Assembly: GCA_963721655.1 (NCBI GenBank)
Contig: CAVRKH010000001.1
Span: 169,411 to 233,410, forward strand
DNA length: 64,000 nucleotides
From: an uncultured Chloroflexia bacterium
GTDB taxonomy: Bacteria; Chloroflexota; Limnocylindria; Limnocylindrales; CSP1-4
Direction: 5' to 3'
The notes under the pieces were generated by a model. That model saw only the letters and a list, made by a program, of their open reading frames with translations. It had not been told where the DNA came from and did no database searches. Shown piece after piece: positions 1 to 8,534 of this stretch (the first letter of the stretch is position 1; the number at the start of each line of letters is the position of its first letter). Both the position numbers and the translations under genes were made by a program.

Positions 1-4
1 GGAT

Positions 5-262
5 GTGACGCGGGCGGCACGCGAGGCGGCGGCCCATACCGGCGGGCCCGTGGAGCTCGTCGCCCCGATGCCCGGGGTTGTCCTCGCAGTGGAGGTTGCC
101 CTCGGCGAGGCCGTGGCAGCCGGTGAGGCGATCGTGACCCTGGAGGCGATGAAGATGGAGCACGGCGTGGTCGCGCCCATCGCCGGGCGCCTGACCGAGC
201 TCCGGATCGCGGCCGGCGACCAGGTGACCCGCGGACAGGTCCTCGGCGTCGTCGAGCCCTGA
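5..262 (+). CDS. Biotin-carrier domain, probably the C-terminus of an acyl-CoA (methylcrotonyl-CoA-type) carboxylase alpha subunit; 5'-truncated by the window
   Basis: APMPGVV...EAMKMEH biotinylation motif; HMG-CoA lyase lies just downstream. Confidence 0.85.
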   Translation: MTRAAREAAAHTGGPVELVAPMPGVVLAVEVALGEAVAAGEAIVTLEAMKMEHGVVAPIAGRLTELRIAAGDQVTRGQVLGVVEP

Positions 263-307
263 CGGCTGCGCTACGCTCTCGGGCGAAGAGAGGAGTCAAC
301 GAGCCGA

Positions 308-550
308 ATGGCCAAGTCGCACAAGGACAAGTCCGGGAGCGCCAAGGCGTCGACCGCGGGCCAGGTCAGCAGCGAGCCGAAGCTGCCCGGTACCCGCGAG
401 GAGCTGCTCGAACTCCACCGCACGACGCGCAAGCGCCGGAACGCGGCGCCGCACGGGAGCGAGGAGCACCGCGCCGCCATCGACCTGATCGGGCGGATCG
501 AGGTCGAGGTTGCGCGGATCGAACGCGCGATGGATCCGCCCAGGGGCTGA
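308..550 (+). CDS. Small hypothetical protein (80 aa, predicted helical hairpin)
   Basis: GAGGAG RBS-like sequence upstream; high-GC3 codon use; sits between co-oriented genes. Confidence 0.65.
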   Translation: MAKSHKDKSGSAKASTAGQVSSEPKLPGTREELLELHRTTRKRRNAAPHGSEEHRAAIDLIGRIEVEVARIERAMDPPRG

Positions 551-554
551 TCGC

Positions 555-1490
555 GTGACCGACATACGCGGGCGCGTCCGGATCTACGAGGTGGGCCCCC
601 GCGACGGCCTCCAGAACGAGGCCACGCCGATCCCGACCGAAGCCAAGGCACGGTTCGTCGCGCTCCTCGCCGCGGCCGGTCTGCGTGAGATCGAGGCGAC
701 GAGCTTCGTCTCCCCGAGCGCCATCCCCCAGCTCGCGGATGCCGACGCGCTGATGGCCCTGCTGGATCGGCCCGACGGCGTTCGCTTCCCGGTGCTCGTG
801 CCGAACCAGCGCGGCCTGGATCGCGCCGAGGCTGCGGGCGTCGATGCGATCGCCGTGTTCACCGCGGCCAGCGACGCCTTCACCGCGCGGAACATCGGGA
901 TGACGGTCGAGGAGTCGCTGACGACGTTCGCGCCCGTCCTCGGTCGTGCCCGCGACCTCGGCTGGTGGACGCGCGGCTACGTCTCGACCGCGTTCGGCTG
1001 CCCGTACACCGGCCGCGTCGAACCCTCGCGAGCCGTCGAGGTCGCGGTCCGTCTCGTCGAGCTGGGCGTGGACGAGGTCTGCTTCGGCGACACGATCGGC
1101 GTCGGCGTGCCCGGCCAGGTCGAGGAACTGACCGGGCTGACGGCCCAGGCCGGCATCCCCCTCGACCGCGTCGCGTACCACTTCCACGACACGCGCGGCA
1201 CGGCCCTCGCCAACGTGGTGGCCGGGCTGCGTTCCGGGATCCGCTGCTTCGATTCGGCCGCGGGCGGGACGGGGGGCTGTCCGTACGCGCCCGGTGCGGC
1301 CGGCAACCTCGCTACCGAGGACCTGGTGTACCTGCTCGACGCCGAGGGCTGGGAGACCGGGGTGTCGCTCGCGGGGGTCCTCGAGGCCGCTCGGTTCGTC
1401 GCCGGCGAGCTCGGCAAGCCGCTTGCCACGAAGGTCGGCCAGGCCGGGGGATGGGACCCGGCGACCGGAGCTGCCGTCGCTCGCGGCTAG
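555..1490 (+). CDS. hmgL: Hydroxymethylglutaryl-CoA lyase
   Basis: EVGPRDGLQNE, HFHDTRG and GGCPYAPGAAGNLATED motifs. Confidence 0.95.
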   Translation: MTDIRGRVRIYEVGPRDGLQNEATPIPTEAKARFVALLAAAGLREIEATSFVSPSAIPQLADADALMALLDRPDGVRFPVLVPNQRGLDRAEAAGVDAIAVFTAASDAFTARNIGMTVEESLTTFAPVLGRARDLGWWTRGYVSTAFGCPYTGRVEPSRAVEVAVRLVELGVDEVCFGDTIGVGVPGQVEELTGLTAQAGIPLDRVAYHFHDTRGTALANVVAGLRSGIRCFDSAAGGTGGCPYAPGAAGNLATEDLVYLLDAEGWETGVSLAGVLEAARFVAGELGKPLATKVGQAGGWDPATGAAVARG

Positions 1491-1574
1491 TGGAGCGCCG
1501 CGGGAGGCCATTCAGTTCCGGCGGGCCCCTCGCCCAGCCAGCACGAACGCGACGTTCTGCTACATTCCGGCCCG

Positions 1575-2090
1575 ATGGACGGTGTCGTACTCGTTCTGAA
1601 CCAGAACTACGAGCCGCTCAACGTCTGCAACCTGCCACGGGCCTTCCGGCTGTTGTTCGGTGAGAAGGCCGAGGTGATCGAGTTCGACCACCAGATGGTG
1701 CGGACGCCGCGGGTCGAGTACCGCGCGCCATCCGTCATCCGCCTCCAGCACATGGTTCGCCGCCCGCGTCCCCGGGTGAAGCTGTCGCGTCGCGAAGTCT
1801 TCAGCCGTGACCGCCACACGTGCCAGTACTGCGGCCGGCAGACCCACGACCTCACGCTCGACCACGTCATGCCGCGCCATCGCGGCGGCGGCCACACCTG
1901 GGAGAACCTCGTCACCGCCTGCAAGACGTGCAACCACCGCAAGGGCGGCAAGACGCTCGAGGAGGCGCGCCTCCGGCTCCACCGCCCGCCGTACGAGCCG
2001 CGCAACGACATCTACTCGCTGTTCACCCCGTACCTGTCGGACGAACGAAACGAGGCGTGGCGGACCTACCTGTTCCTGGGTCGAAACTGA
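1575..2090 (+). CDS. HNH endonuclease (McrA-like stand-alone family)
   Basis: VLVLNQNYEPL N-terminus; RDRHTCQYCG, TLDHVMPR and WENLVTACKTCNHRKG. Confidence 0.93.
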   Translation: MDGVVLVLNQNYEPLNVCNLPRAFRLLFGEKAEVIEFDHQMVRTPRVEYRAPSVIRLQHMVRRPRPRVKLSRREVFSRDRHTCQYCGRQTHDLTLDHVMPRHRGGGHTWENLVTACKTCNHRKGGKTLEEARLRLHRPPYEPRNDIYSLFTPYLSDERNEAWRTYLFLGRN

Positions 2091-3442
2091 CCGACGAGGC
2101 GTCGCTCGCGGCATCGATCCCGGGTCCCGTCCACGAGATCATGGGGCTCCTGTGGTCGGCCGGGCATGCCGCCTACGTCGTCGGCGGCTCACTGCGCGAC
2201 GCCCTGCTCGGCAGGCTCGCGTTGGACTGGGACCTGGCCACCGATGCACGCCCCGACGAGATGCTTCGCGTGTTCCCGGAGGCCGTGTACGAGAACGCGT
2301 TCGGGACCGTGGTCGTCCGCCACGGCGGCGGCCTGTACGAGGTGACGACCTTCCGCACCGACCACGACTACGCGGACTACCGGCGGCCACATCGCGTCGA
2401 GTTCGGTGACTCGGTGGAGGTCGACCTCGCCCGGCGCGACTTCACGGTCAACGCGCTCGCCTGGGGCGCGCCCGCTGGCGCGCAGCCCGCACTCGTCGAT
2501 CCGCACGGCGGCCGCGCTGACATCGCCGCGCGGACACTCCGCGCGGTCGGCGACCCCAAGGAACGATTCGAGGAGGACGCGCTCCGGATGGTTCGGGCGG
2601 TTCGCCTCGCGGCGACGCTCGGGTTCACGATCGAGCCCGCCACGCTGGCCGGCATCGCGGCGAACGCGGACCTGGTCCGCTACCTGTCCGGCGAGCGGAT
2701 CTCGACCGAGCTGTCGAAGCTGCTCGCGGCCGAACGGCCGTCGATCGGGCTGCGGCTGCTGGCCGATAGCGGGCTGCTCGAACGGATCGCCCCGGAGCTG
2801 GCGCGGCAGCGCGGCGTGCCCCAGAACAAGGTTCCGGGCGAGGACCTCTGGGATCACACGGTCCGCACCGTCGACGCCGCGCGCGTCGACCGGCCGGTCG
2901 TCCGGCTCGCGGCGCTGCTCCACGACATCGGCAAGCCGGCGACGTACTCCGACGGCCACTTTCTCGGGCACGACGTCGTCGGGGCCGAGCTCGCCGGCGA
3001 GCTGCTCGATGCGCTCCGATCACCGCGTGCGGTTCGCGAGCGAGTCGTCCACCTGGTCCGCCACCACATGTTCAGCTACGAGCCCGCCTGGTCCGACACC
3101 GCGGTGCGCCGGTTCATCGGCAAGATCGGGGTGGATGCGGTCGACGACCTGTTCGCGCTGCGCGAGGCGGACAACGTGGGCAGCGGCCTGCCGGCCGGTG
3201 CTGGAGAGCTCGACGTGCTGCGCGAACGCGTGGCGCGCGAGCTGGCCGCCGAGGTCGTCCTCGACCGCAGCCGGCTCCAGATCGACGGGCAGGACCTGAT
3301 CGAGGAGCTCGGCCTGCGCCAGGGCCCGCTGCTCGGCCGGATCCTGGACGAGCTCGTCGAGCGGGTGATCGTCGATCCGAAGCTCAACGACCGGGCGACG
3401 CTGCTGCTGCTCGCACGATCCCGCATCGCGGACGAGGCGTGA
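2087..3442 (+). CDS. cca: tRNA nucleotidyltransferase (CCA-adding / poly(A) polymerase family) with HD domain; start uncertain (CTG 2087 or ATG 2141)
   Basis: VVGGSLRD...DWDLAT, DLARRDFTVNA, RFEEDALR and LLHDIGKP motifs. Confidence 0.9.
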   Translation: MTDEASLAASIPGPVHEIMGLLWSAGHAAYVVGGSLRDALLGRLALDWDLATDARPDEMLRVFPEAVYENAFGTVVVRHGGGLYEVTTFRTDHDYADYRRPHRVEFGDSVEVDLARRDFTVNALAWGAPAGAQPALVDPHGGRADIAARTLRAVGDPKERFEEDALRMVRAVRLAATLGFTIEPATLAGIAANADLVRYLSGERISTELSKLLAAERPSIGLRLLADSGLLERIAPELARQRGVPQNKVPGEDLWDHTVRTVDAARVDRPVVRLAALLHDIGKPATYSDGHFLGHDVVGAELAGELLDALRSPRAVRERVVHLVRHHMFSYEPAWSDTAVRRFIGKIGVDAVDDLFALREADNVGSGLPAGAGELDVLRERVARELAAEVVLDRSRLQIDGQDLIEELGLRQGPLLGRILDELVERVIVDPKLNDRATLLLLARSRIADEA

Positions 3443-3449
3443 GCCGGCC

Positions 3450-3935
3450 GTGATCGAGCTCATCCTGCAGGCCGAGCGAGCCCTGTCGGTCGGCCAGCTC
3501 GAGCAGGCCGAGCGGCTGTACCGCCAGGCCGCCGAGGCCGATCCGCGCAATTCGATCGCGGTCGTCGGATTGGCCCGGGTCGCGCTCGACCGGGGGGACG
3601 ATCGCGGTGCCTACACGCTCGCGCGGCAGGCGCTCGACATCGACCCGGAGAACGCAGCCGCGCAGCGACTGGCCGACCGGCTCGACGAGGTCATGCGCTA
3701 CCGGGGCGAAGAGCCGCCGGTGGTCGATGGGGACGCCGCCGTCAGTCGAGGCACCCGAAGCCCAGGCGCGCGCACCGGCCGCGCCGCCTCCAGCGCCCGC
3801 ACCGCCCGCACCACGCGCCCCGCGCAGCGCCCGCGCCCCCTCGCAAAGGGCCCGCCGCCTCTCGCGGCCAAGCCGGCGGCCGCCCCGCGCCCGCGCCGTC
3901 GCTCGCTCCTCGACCGCATTCGCCGCCGGCACTGA
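3450..3935 (+). CDS. Tetratricopeptide-repeat protein with basic low-complexity tail
   Basis: AERLYRQAAEADPRN and ARQALDIDPENAAA TPR patterns. Confidence 0.8.
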   Translation: MIELILQAERALSVGQLEQAERLYRQAAEADPRNSIAVVGLARVALDRGDDRGAYTLARQALDIDPENAAAQRLADRLDEVMRYRGEEPPVVDGDAAVSRGTRSPGARTGRAASSARTARTTRPAQRPRPLAKGPPPLAAKPAAAPRPRRRSLLDRIRRRH

Positions 3936-3951
3936 CGGTATCGTCCGGGGC

Positions 3952-4947
3952 ATGACACGGATCCTCGTCACCGGTGGGGCCGGCTACGTCGGCTCGGTCT
4001 CGGTCGCAGCGCTCCTCGCGGCGGGGCACACGGTCATGGTGCTCGACGACCTGAGCACCGGCCACGCGGCAGCCCTCCCCGAGGGCGCTCGCCTGTACCG
4101 CGGGTCATACGGTGACGAGGCATCGGTCCGCAGCCTGCTCGTCACCGGGCGGATCGAGGCGATCCTCCATTGCGCCGCCCGGTCGCTGGTCGGCGAGTCG
4201 ATCCGGAACCCGGCCACGTACTACCGCGACAACGTCGCGGGAGGGATCGCCCTGCTGGAGGCGGCGCGCCAGACAGGCGTGCAGCGGTTCGTCTTCTCGT
4301 CGACGGCCGCGGTCTACGGCACGCCCGACGAGTCGCCGATCCCCGAGGACGCGCCGCTCAGGCCGATCAACCCGTACGGCGAGACGAAGCGCACGCTCGA
4401 GACCGCGCTCGAGTGGTACGGCCGCGCGCACGGGCTGCGCAGCGTGACGCTGCGCTACTTCAACGTCGCCGGGGCCACGACGGCGCTCGGCGAGGACCAC
4501 GACCCCGAAACCCACCTGATCCCGAACGTCCTCGCCGCCGCCGAGGGCGGACCGGCCCTGACGGTCTTCGGCGACGACTACCCCACGCCCGACGGGACCT
4601 GCGTCCGCGACTACATCCACGTCGCGGACCTCGCCGACGCGCACCTGCTCGCGCTCGAGGCGACCGCGCCGGGGGACCGCCGCACGGACACGGCCCTCGT
4701 CTGCAATCTCGGCAACGGCGGCGGCTTCAGCATCCGCGAGGTGCTCGACGCGACCGCTCGGCTCGTCGGCCACGAGGTCCCGCACGCGGTGGGTCCGCGA
4801 CGTGCCGGCGACCCGCCCGTCCTCGTCGCCAGCGCCGAGCGCGCCCGCGACATCCTCCGCTGGCAGCCCAGGCGACCGTCACTCGACGAGATCATTGGCT
4901 CGGCGCTGGAGTGGCGCCGGACGCACCCGCGCGGCTACCGCGCCTGA
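3952..4947 (+). CDS. galE: UDP-glucose 4-epimerase
   Basis: ILVTGGAGYVGS, FSSTAAVYG, YGETK, LRYFNVAGA and DGTCVRDYIHV. Confidence 0.95.
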   Translation: MTRILVTGGAGYVGSVSVAALLAAGHTVMVLDDLSTGHAAALPEGARLYRGSYGDEASVRSLLVTGRIEAILHCAARSLVGESIRNPATYYRDNVAGGIALLEAARQTGVQRFVFSSTAAVYGTPDESPIPEDAPLRPINPYGETKRTLETALEWYGRAHGLRSVTLRYFNVAGATTALGEDHDPETHLIPNVLAAAEGGPALTVFGDDYPTPDGTCVRDYIHVADLADAHLLALEATAPGDRRTDTALVCNLGNGGGFSIREVLDATARLVGHEVPHAVGPRRAGDPPVLVASAERARDILRWQPRRPSLDEIIGSALEWRRTHPRGYRA

Positions 4948-4965
4948 CGCGCGAAACGCGGGGAG

Positions 4966-6366
4966 CTACGGGCCGCCGGACCGTGGCTCGATCGGTGCCG
5001 AGGCCGGCGCCAGCCGTTCGGGCAGCGTCCCGGCCTGCGACCCCGCGAGCTCGCCACTCCCCGTCCAGCGATCGCTGACCGGCAGGAGCAGCCACGCCCC
5101 GACGAGCATCGTCACGAGCAGGCTCAGGACGGCGAGCTGGTACGCGGCCACGCCGAGCACCGGCTGGAACAGCAACAGGGTCACGCCGAACAGCAGCTGC
5201 CCGATGACCTGCGAGCCCTTGCCCACGAGCCCGTAGAGGCCGAAGAACTCGCCGAGCTTCTCGGGCGGTGAGAGCCGCAGCATCAGCACGCGGTCGGAGA
5301 CCTGGACACCGCCAAGCCCGCTGCCGAGGATGGCCCCGGCCAGCAGGAACATCGCCAGCCCGACGGACCCGTCGACACCGAGCGAGATCCCGCCGATGAC
5401 GAGCCCGATCGCCCACGACGAGAGCACGATCATCAGCGTCCGCTTCGGCCCCAGTCGGTCGACCGTCCAGCCCCAGCCGAAGCTCGCCAGCACCGCGACG
5501 ATGGCCAGCGCGAGCAGGATCAGGTTGGCCACGGTGTTCGACAGGCCCATCGCCTCGGTGGCGACGATCGCCATCACGACGATGATCGTGTTGACCGCGT
5601 CGGAGTAGAAGAATCGCGCGACCAGGAAGCGGGTCAGGCCCGGCACCGTCCGGGCGTCGAGGATCGTCGCCCGCAACTGCCCGAGCGCGGCGATCGCCTC
5701 GCGCAGGCCCGGCTCCGGCGTACCGGGCGGCGGCACCGGCTCGCGGACCACGAGGAACAGCGGGATCGCGAACAATCCGAACAGCGCGGCCGCGACGAAG
5801 AACACGCTCGCGATCGGCAGGTCGAGCAGGAAGATCAGAACCCCGATGAAGATCGTCCCGCAGTAGCCGATCGCGACGCCGATCCCGGACAGCTTGCCCC
5901 GCGTCTCCGGGTAGCTGACGGTCTTCAGCGTCGCGTCGTAGTAGATCAGCGCCGACTGGTAGGCGAAGTTCGCAATGATGAAGAGCGTCAGGCCGGCGAA
6001 CGCCGGGCTCTGGCCGATCAGCGCCGTCGGGACGATGCAGAGCAGCGTGAAGAACAGCAGATACGGCAGGCGTCGGCCGCCGGCGCGGTCGCTCAGGGCG
6101 CCGAGGATCGGCGAGACGAGCGCGTTGATCCCGACGCTGACCGCGATCGCGACGCTGAACGCGAACGGCCCGTTGGCCTTCCCGAACTGCGTGTCCTCGA
6201 CGAGCCACAGGCCCATGGCGTACGACACGACCGCGTAGCTGTAGATCGTGTTGGCGAAGTCGTACAGGGCCCAGCCGGACGGGACGACAGCGCGGCCGCT
6301 CGGAGTCAGGCTTCCGAGCCCGAGGCGCCGGCCGGGGACGGGCCCGGTGGTCACGCCGCCGATCAT
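4966..6366 (-). CDS. MFS transporter (Atg22/UMF1-like)
   Basis: WALYDFAN N-terminus, PILGALSDR, DRLGPKR; about 12 hydrophobic segments. Confidence 0.88.
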   Translation of the reverse strand: MIGGVTTGPVPGRRLGLGSLTPSGRAVVPSGWALYDFANTIYSYAVVSYAMGLWLVEDTQFGKANGPFAFSVAIAVSVGINALVSPILGALSDRAGGRRLPYLLFFTLLCIVPTALIGQSPAFAGLTLFIIANFAYQSALIYYDATLKTVSYPETRGKLSGIGVAIGYCGTIFIGVLIFLLDLPIASVFFVAAALFGLFAIPLFLVVREPVPPPGTPEPGLREAIAALGQLRATILDARTVPGLTRFLVARFFYSDAVNTIIVVMAIVATEAMGLSNTVANLILLALAIVAVLASFGWGWTVDRLGPKRTLMIVLSSWAIGLVIGGISLGVDGSVGLAMFLLAGAILGSGLGGVQVSDRVLMLRLSPPEKLGEFFGLYGLVGKGSQVIGQLLFGVTLLLFQPVLGVAAYQLAVLSLLVTMLVGAWLLLPVSDRWTGSGELAGSQAGTLPERLAPASAPIEPRSGGP

Positions 6367-6383
6367 GCACCGCGAGACACCCC

Positions 6384-7102
6384 TTGACCAGCCGGTACGA
6401 TGATGCCGTGGACGCCATCGATCCAGTCATCGATCTCCTGGAGGACCTGCGGCCGCAGCCCTATGGGCTGGTCCGCTCGGACCGCATCGCCAACCCCATC
6501 GTCGAGCCGCAGTGGGCCGGGCTTCGCGTGCTCGCCGCGGTCGAGGACCGCTCGGTCGCACTGCGTGACGAGGCGGGCGAACCGGTCACCGAGCGCCCCG
6601 AGGTCGACCGCGCGCTCGGCTCGGCTGTCCGCGCGGGCTCGGCGATCTTCGACGGATTCCTGACCAAGCAGCCCACCGCCGACATCGTCTACGCGACGCC
6701 GTCCGGCGACGTGCCGTCACCAGGCGCGTTGATGGCGAAGCCGTTCATCGGCATGCGCCGCGATCGAGGCAAGGAGGCGGAAGCGGAGCGGGCAGCTCTG
6801 CCGAGGCGGCGACGTTCCGCGAAGAGGATCAGGTCGCATTCGTGGCCACGGATCTCCTGCGGATCGACGGCGACTCCCTGCTCGACGTTCCGCTGCTCGA
6901 GCGAAAGCGCCTCCTCGATTCGGTCATCGACCCGGTCGATCTCGTCCGTGTCGGCGCCTACGTCCGGCCCCCGCTCGAGACGTGGATCGGCACGTGGCGG
7001 CGGCTCGGGTTTCTCGGGCTGTCCTTCCGCGCCGCCAACTCCCGCTACCACCCGGGCGAGAAGCACGACGACTGGACCCTCGTCCCGATGCCTCGGCGCT
7101 GA
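6384..7102 (+). CDS. ATP-dependent DNA ligase adenylation-domain homolog with catalytic residues replaced; one apparent frameshift at ~6800
   Basis: EPQWAGLR (cf. EPKWDGxR), FDGF, DLLRIDGDSLLDVPLLERKRLL and SRYHPG..W; joins the start of ORF 6384 to ORF 6842..7102. Confidence 0.75.
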
Positions 7103-7133
7103 CACACCGGCGCGAGGCTGCTACGGTTGCCTC

Positions 7134-8534
7134 GTGCCCCCCACGGTCCTGACGCCGGCCATTCGAGACGAGGTCGCCCGGCTGGGAAAGGCCGACATCA
7201 TGGTCGGCATCCCGAGCTTCAAGAACGCGGCGACGATCGGCTACGTGGTGCGCGCCGCGCAGGCCGGGCTCGTGCAGTACTTCCCCGACCTGCGGCCCGT
7301 CCTGGTCAACTCCGATGCGGGCTCGCCCGACGGCACGCAGCGGGTGGTGATCGACACCGAACCGCCCGACTACGTCGAGCAGATCCTCCTCGTCCGGCCG
7401 ACGAACCGGCTCGACCGCGTCTCGCTGACCTACCCGGAGATCGAGGGCACCGGCGGCAAGGGCGCCGCCCTGCGGACGATCTTCGAGATGGCGGCGGCCC
7501 TCGATGTCGAGGCGCTCGTCGTCGTCGACTCGGACCTGCGCTCGATCGTCCCCGAATGGATCGAGCTCCTCGCCGGACCGATCCTCAAGGGTGGCTACGA
7601 CTTCGTCGCGCCGCTCTACGCCCGCTACAAGTTCGACGGCACGATCACCAACACCGTCACCTACCCGCTCACGCGGGCCCTCTACGGGCACCGCATCCGC
7701 CAGCCGATCGGTGGCGATTTCGGCGTCTCGGGCGACCTGGTCCGGCACTACCTCGAGCTCGACGACTGGACCGACGACATCAGCAAGTTCGGCATCGACA
7801 TCTGGATGACGACGTCGGCGCTGGCCGGCGGGTTCGCCGTCTGCCAGACGCGGCTCGGGGCCAAGATCCACGACCCGAAGGACCCGGGCTCCGACCTCGG
7901 GCCGATGTTCCGCCAGGTCGTCGGGACGATCCTGCGGCTGGCCTCGACCTACTCGGACAAGTGGCTGACGATCCGCGGCAGCCACGAGGTCCCGGCGTAC
8001 GGCTTCGAGCGGATCATCGACCCGCCGCCGCTCGAGGTGAACACGATCCGCCTGCTGTCCGAGTTCCACTCGGGCTCCCTCACGATGGGCAGCACCTGGG
8101 AGTCGATGATCGCCGCGGACAACGTCGAGACGGTGCTCGAGCTTGCCGGCGAGGCCGGGCGGCTGGCCGACCACGCGCGCACGAAGCTCGGAATCGGTGG
8201 GGACGTGTCCTCCACCCGGGCGACGACGGCCGAGATGGCCGATGCTCTCGCGGCGTTCCACTTCCCCGACGACCTGTGGGCGCGGGTCATCTACGACCTC
8301 GTCCTGACGGCACGCGCCCGGCCTGAGGACGTCGAACGGTTCGTGGCCGCGCTCGTGCCGATCTACTTCGGCCGCGTCGGCAGCTTCGTCATCGAGAACC
8401 GCTCGATCACCACCGAGCAGGCGGAGGACCGCGTCGAGCGCCAGGCGCGCGAATTCGAGCTCCTGAAGCCGTACCTCGTCGAGCGCTGGACCGGGAAGCC
8501 GGCGAAGAAGGCCCAGGCCGAGGTGCGCGCATGA
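7134..8534 (+). CDS. GT-A glycosyltransferase of the glucosylglycerate/mannosylglycerate synthase type
   Basis: VGIPSFKNAATI, DAGSPDGT, GKGAAL, VDSDLRSI, RYKFDGTITN, IRQPIGGDFG, FGIDIWMT and KIHDPKDP. Confidence 0.85.
   Translation: MPPTVLTPAIRDEVARLGKADIMVGIPSFKNAATIGYVVRAAQAGLVQYFPDLRPVLVNSDAGSPDGTQRVVIDTEPPDYVEQILLVRPTNRLDRVSLTYPEIEGTGGKGAALRTIFEMAAALDVEALVVVDSDLRSIVPEWIELLAGPILKGGYDFVAPLYARYKFDGTITNTVTYPLTRALYGHRIRQPIGGDFGVSGDLVRHYLELDDWTDDISKFGIDIWMTTSALAGGFAVCQTRLGAKIHDPKDPGSDLGPMFRQVVGTILRLASTYSDKWLTIRGSHEVPAYGFERIIDPPPLEVNTIRLLSEFHSGSLTMGSTWESMIAADNVETVLELAGEAGRLADHARTKLGIGGDVSSTRATTAEMADALAAFHFPDDLWARVIYDLVLTARARPEDVERFVAALVPIYFGRVGSFVIENRSITTEQAEDRVERQAREFELLKPYLVERWTGKPAKKAQAEVRA

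Noticed and set aside
6384-8534. Apparent 716-aa ligase-glycosyltransferase fusion
   Set aside because: The middle of the ORF is off-frame nonsense; the ligase-like gene ends at 7102 in another frame and the glycosyltransferase starts near 7134
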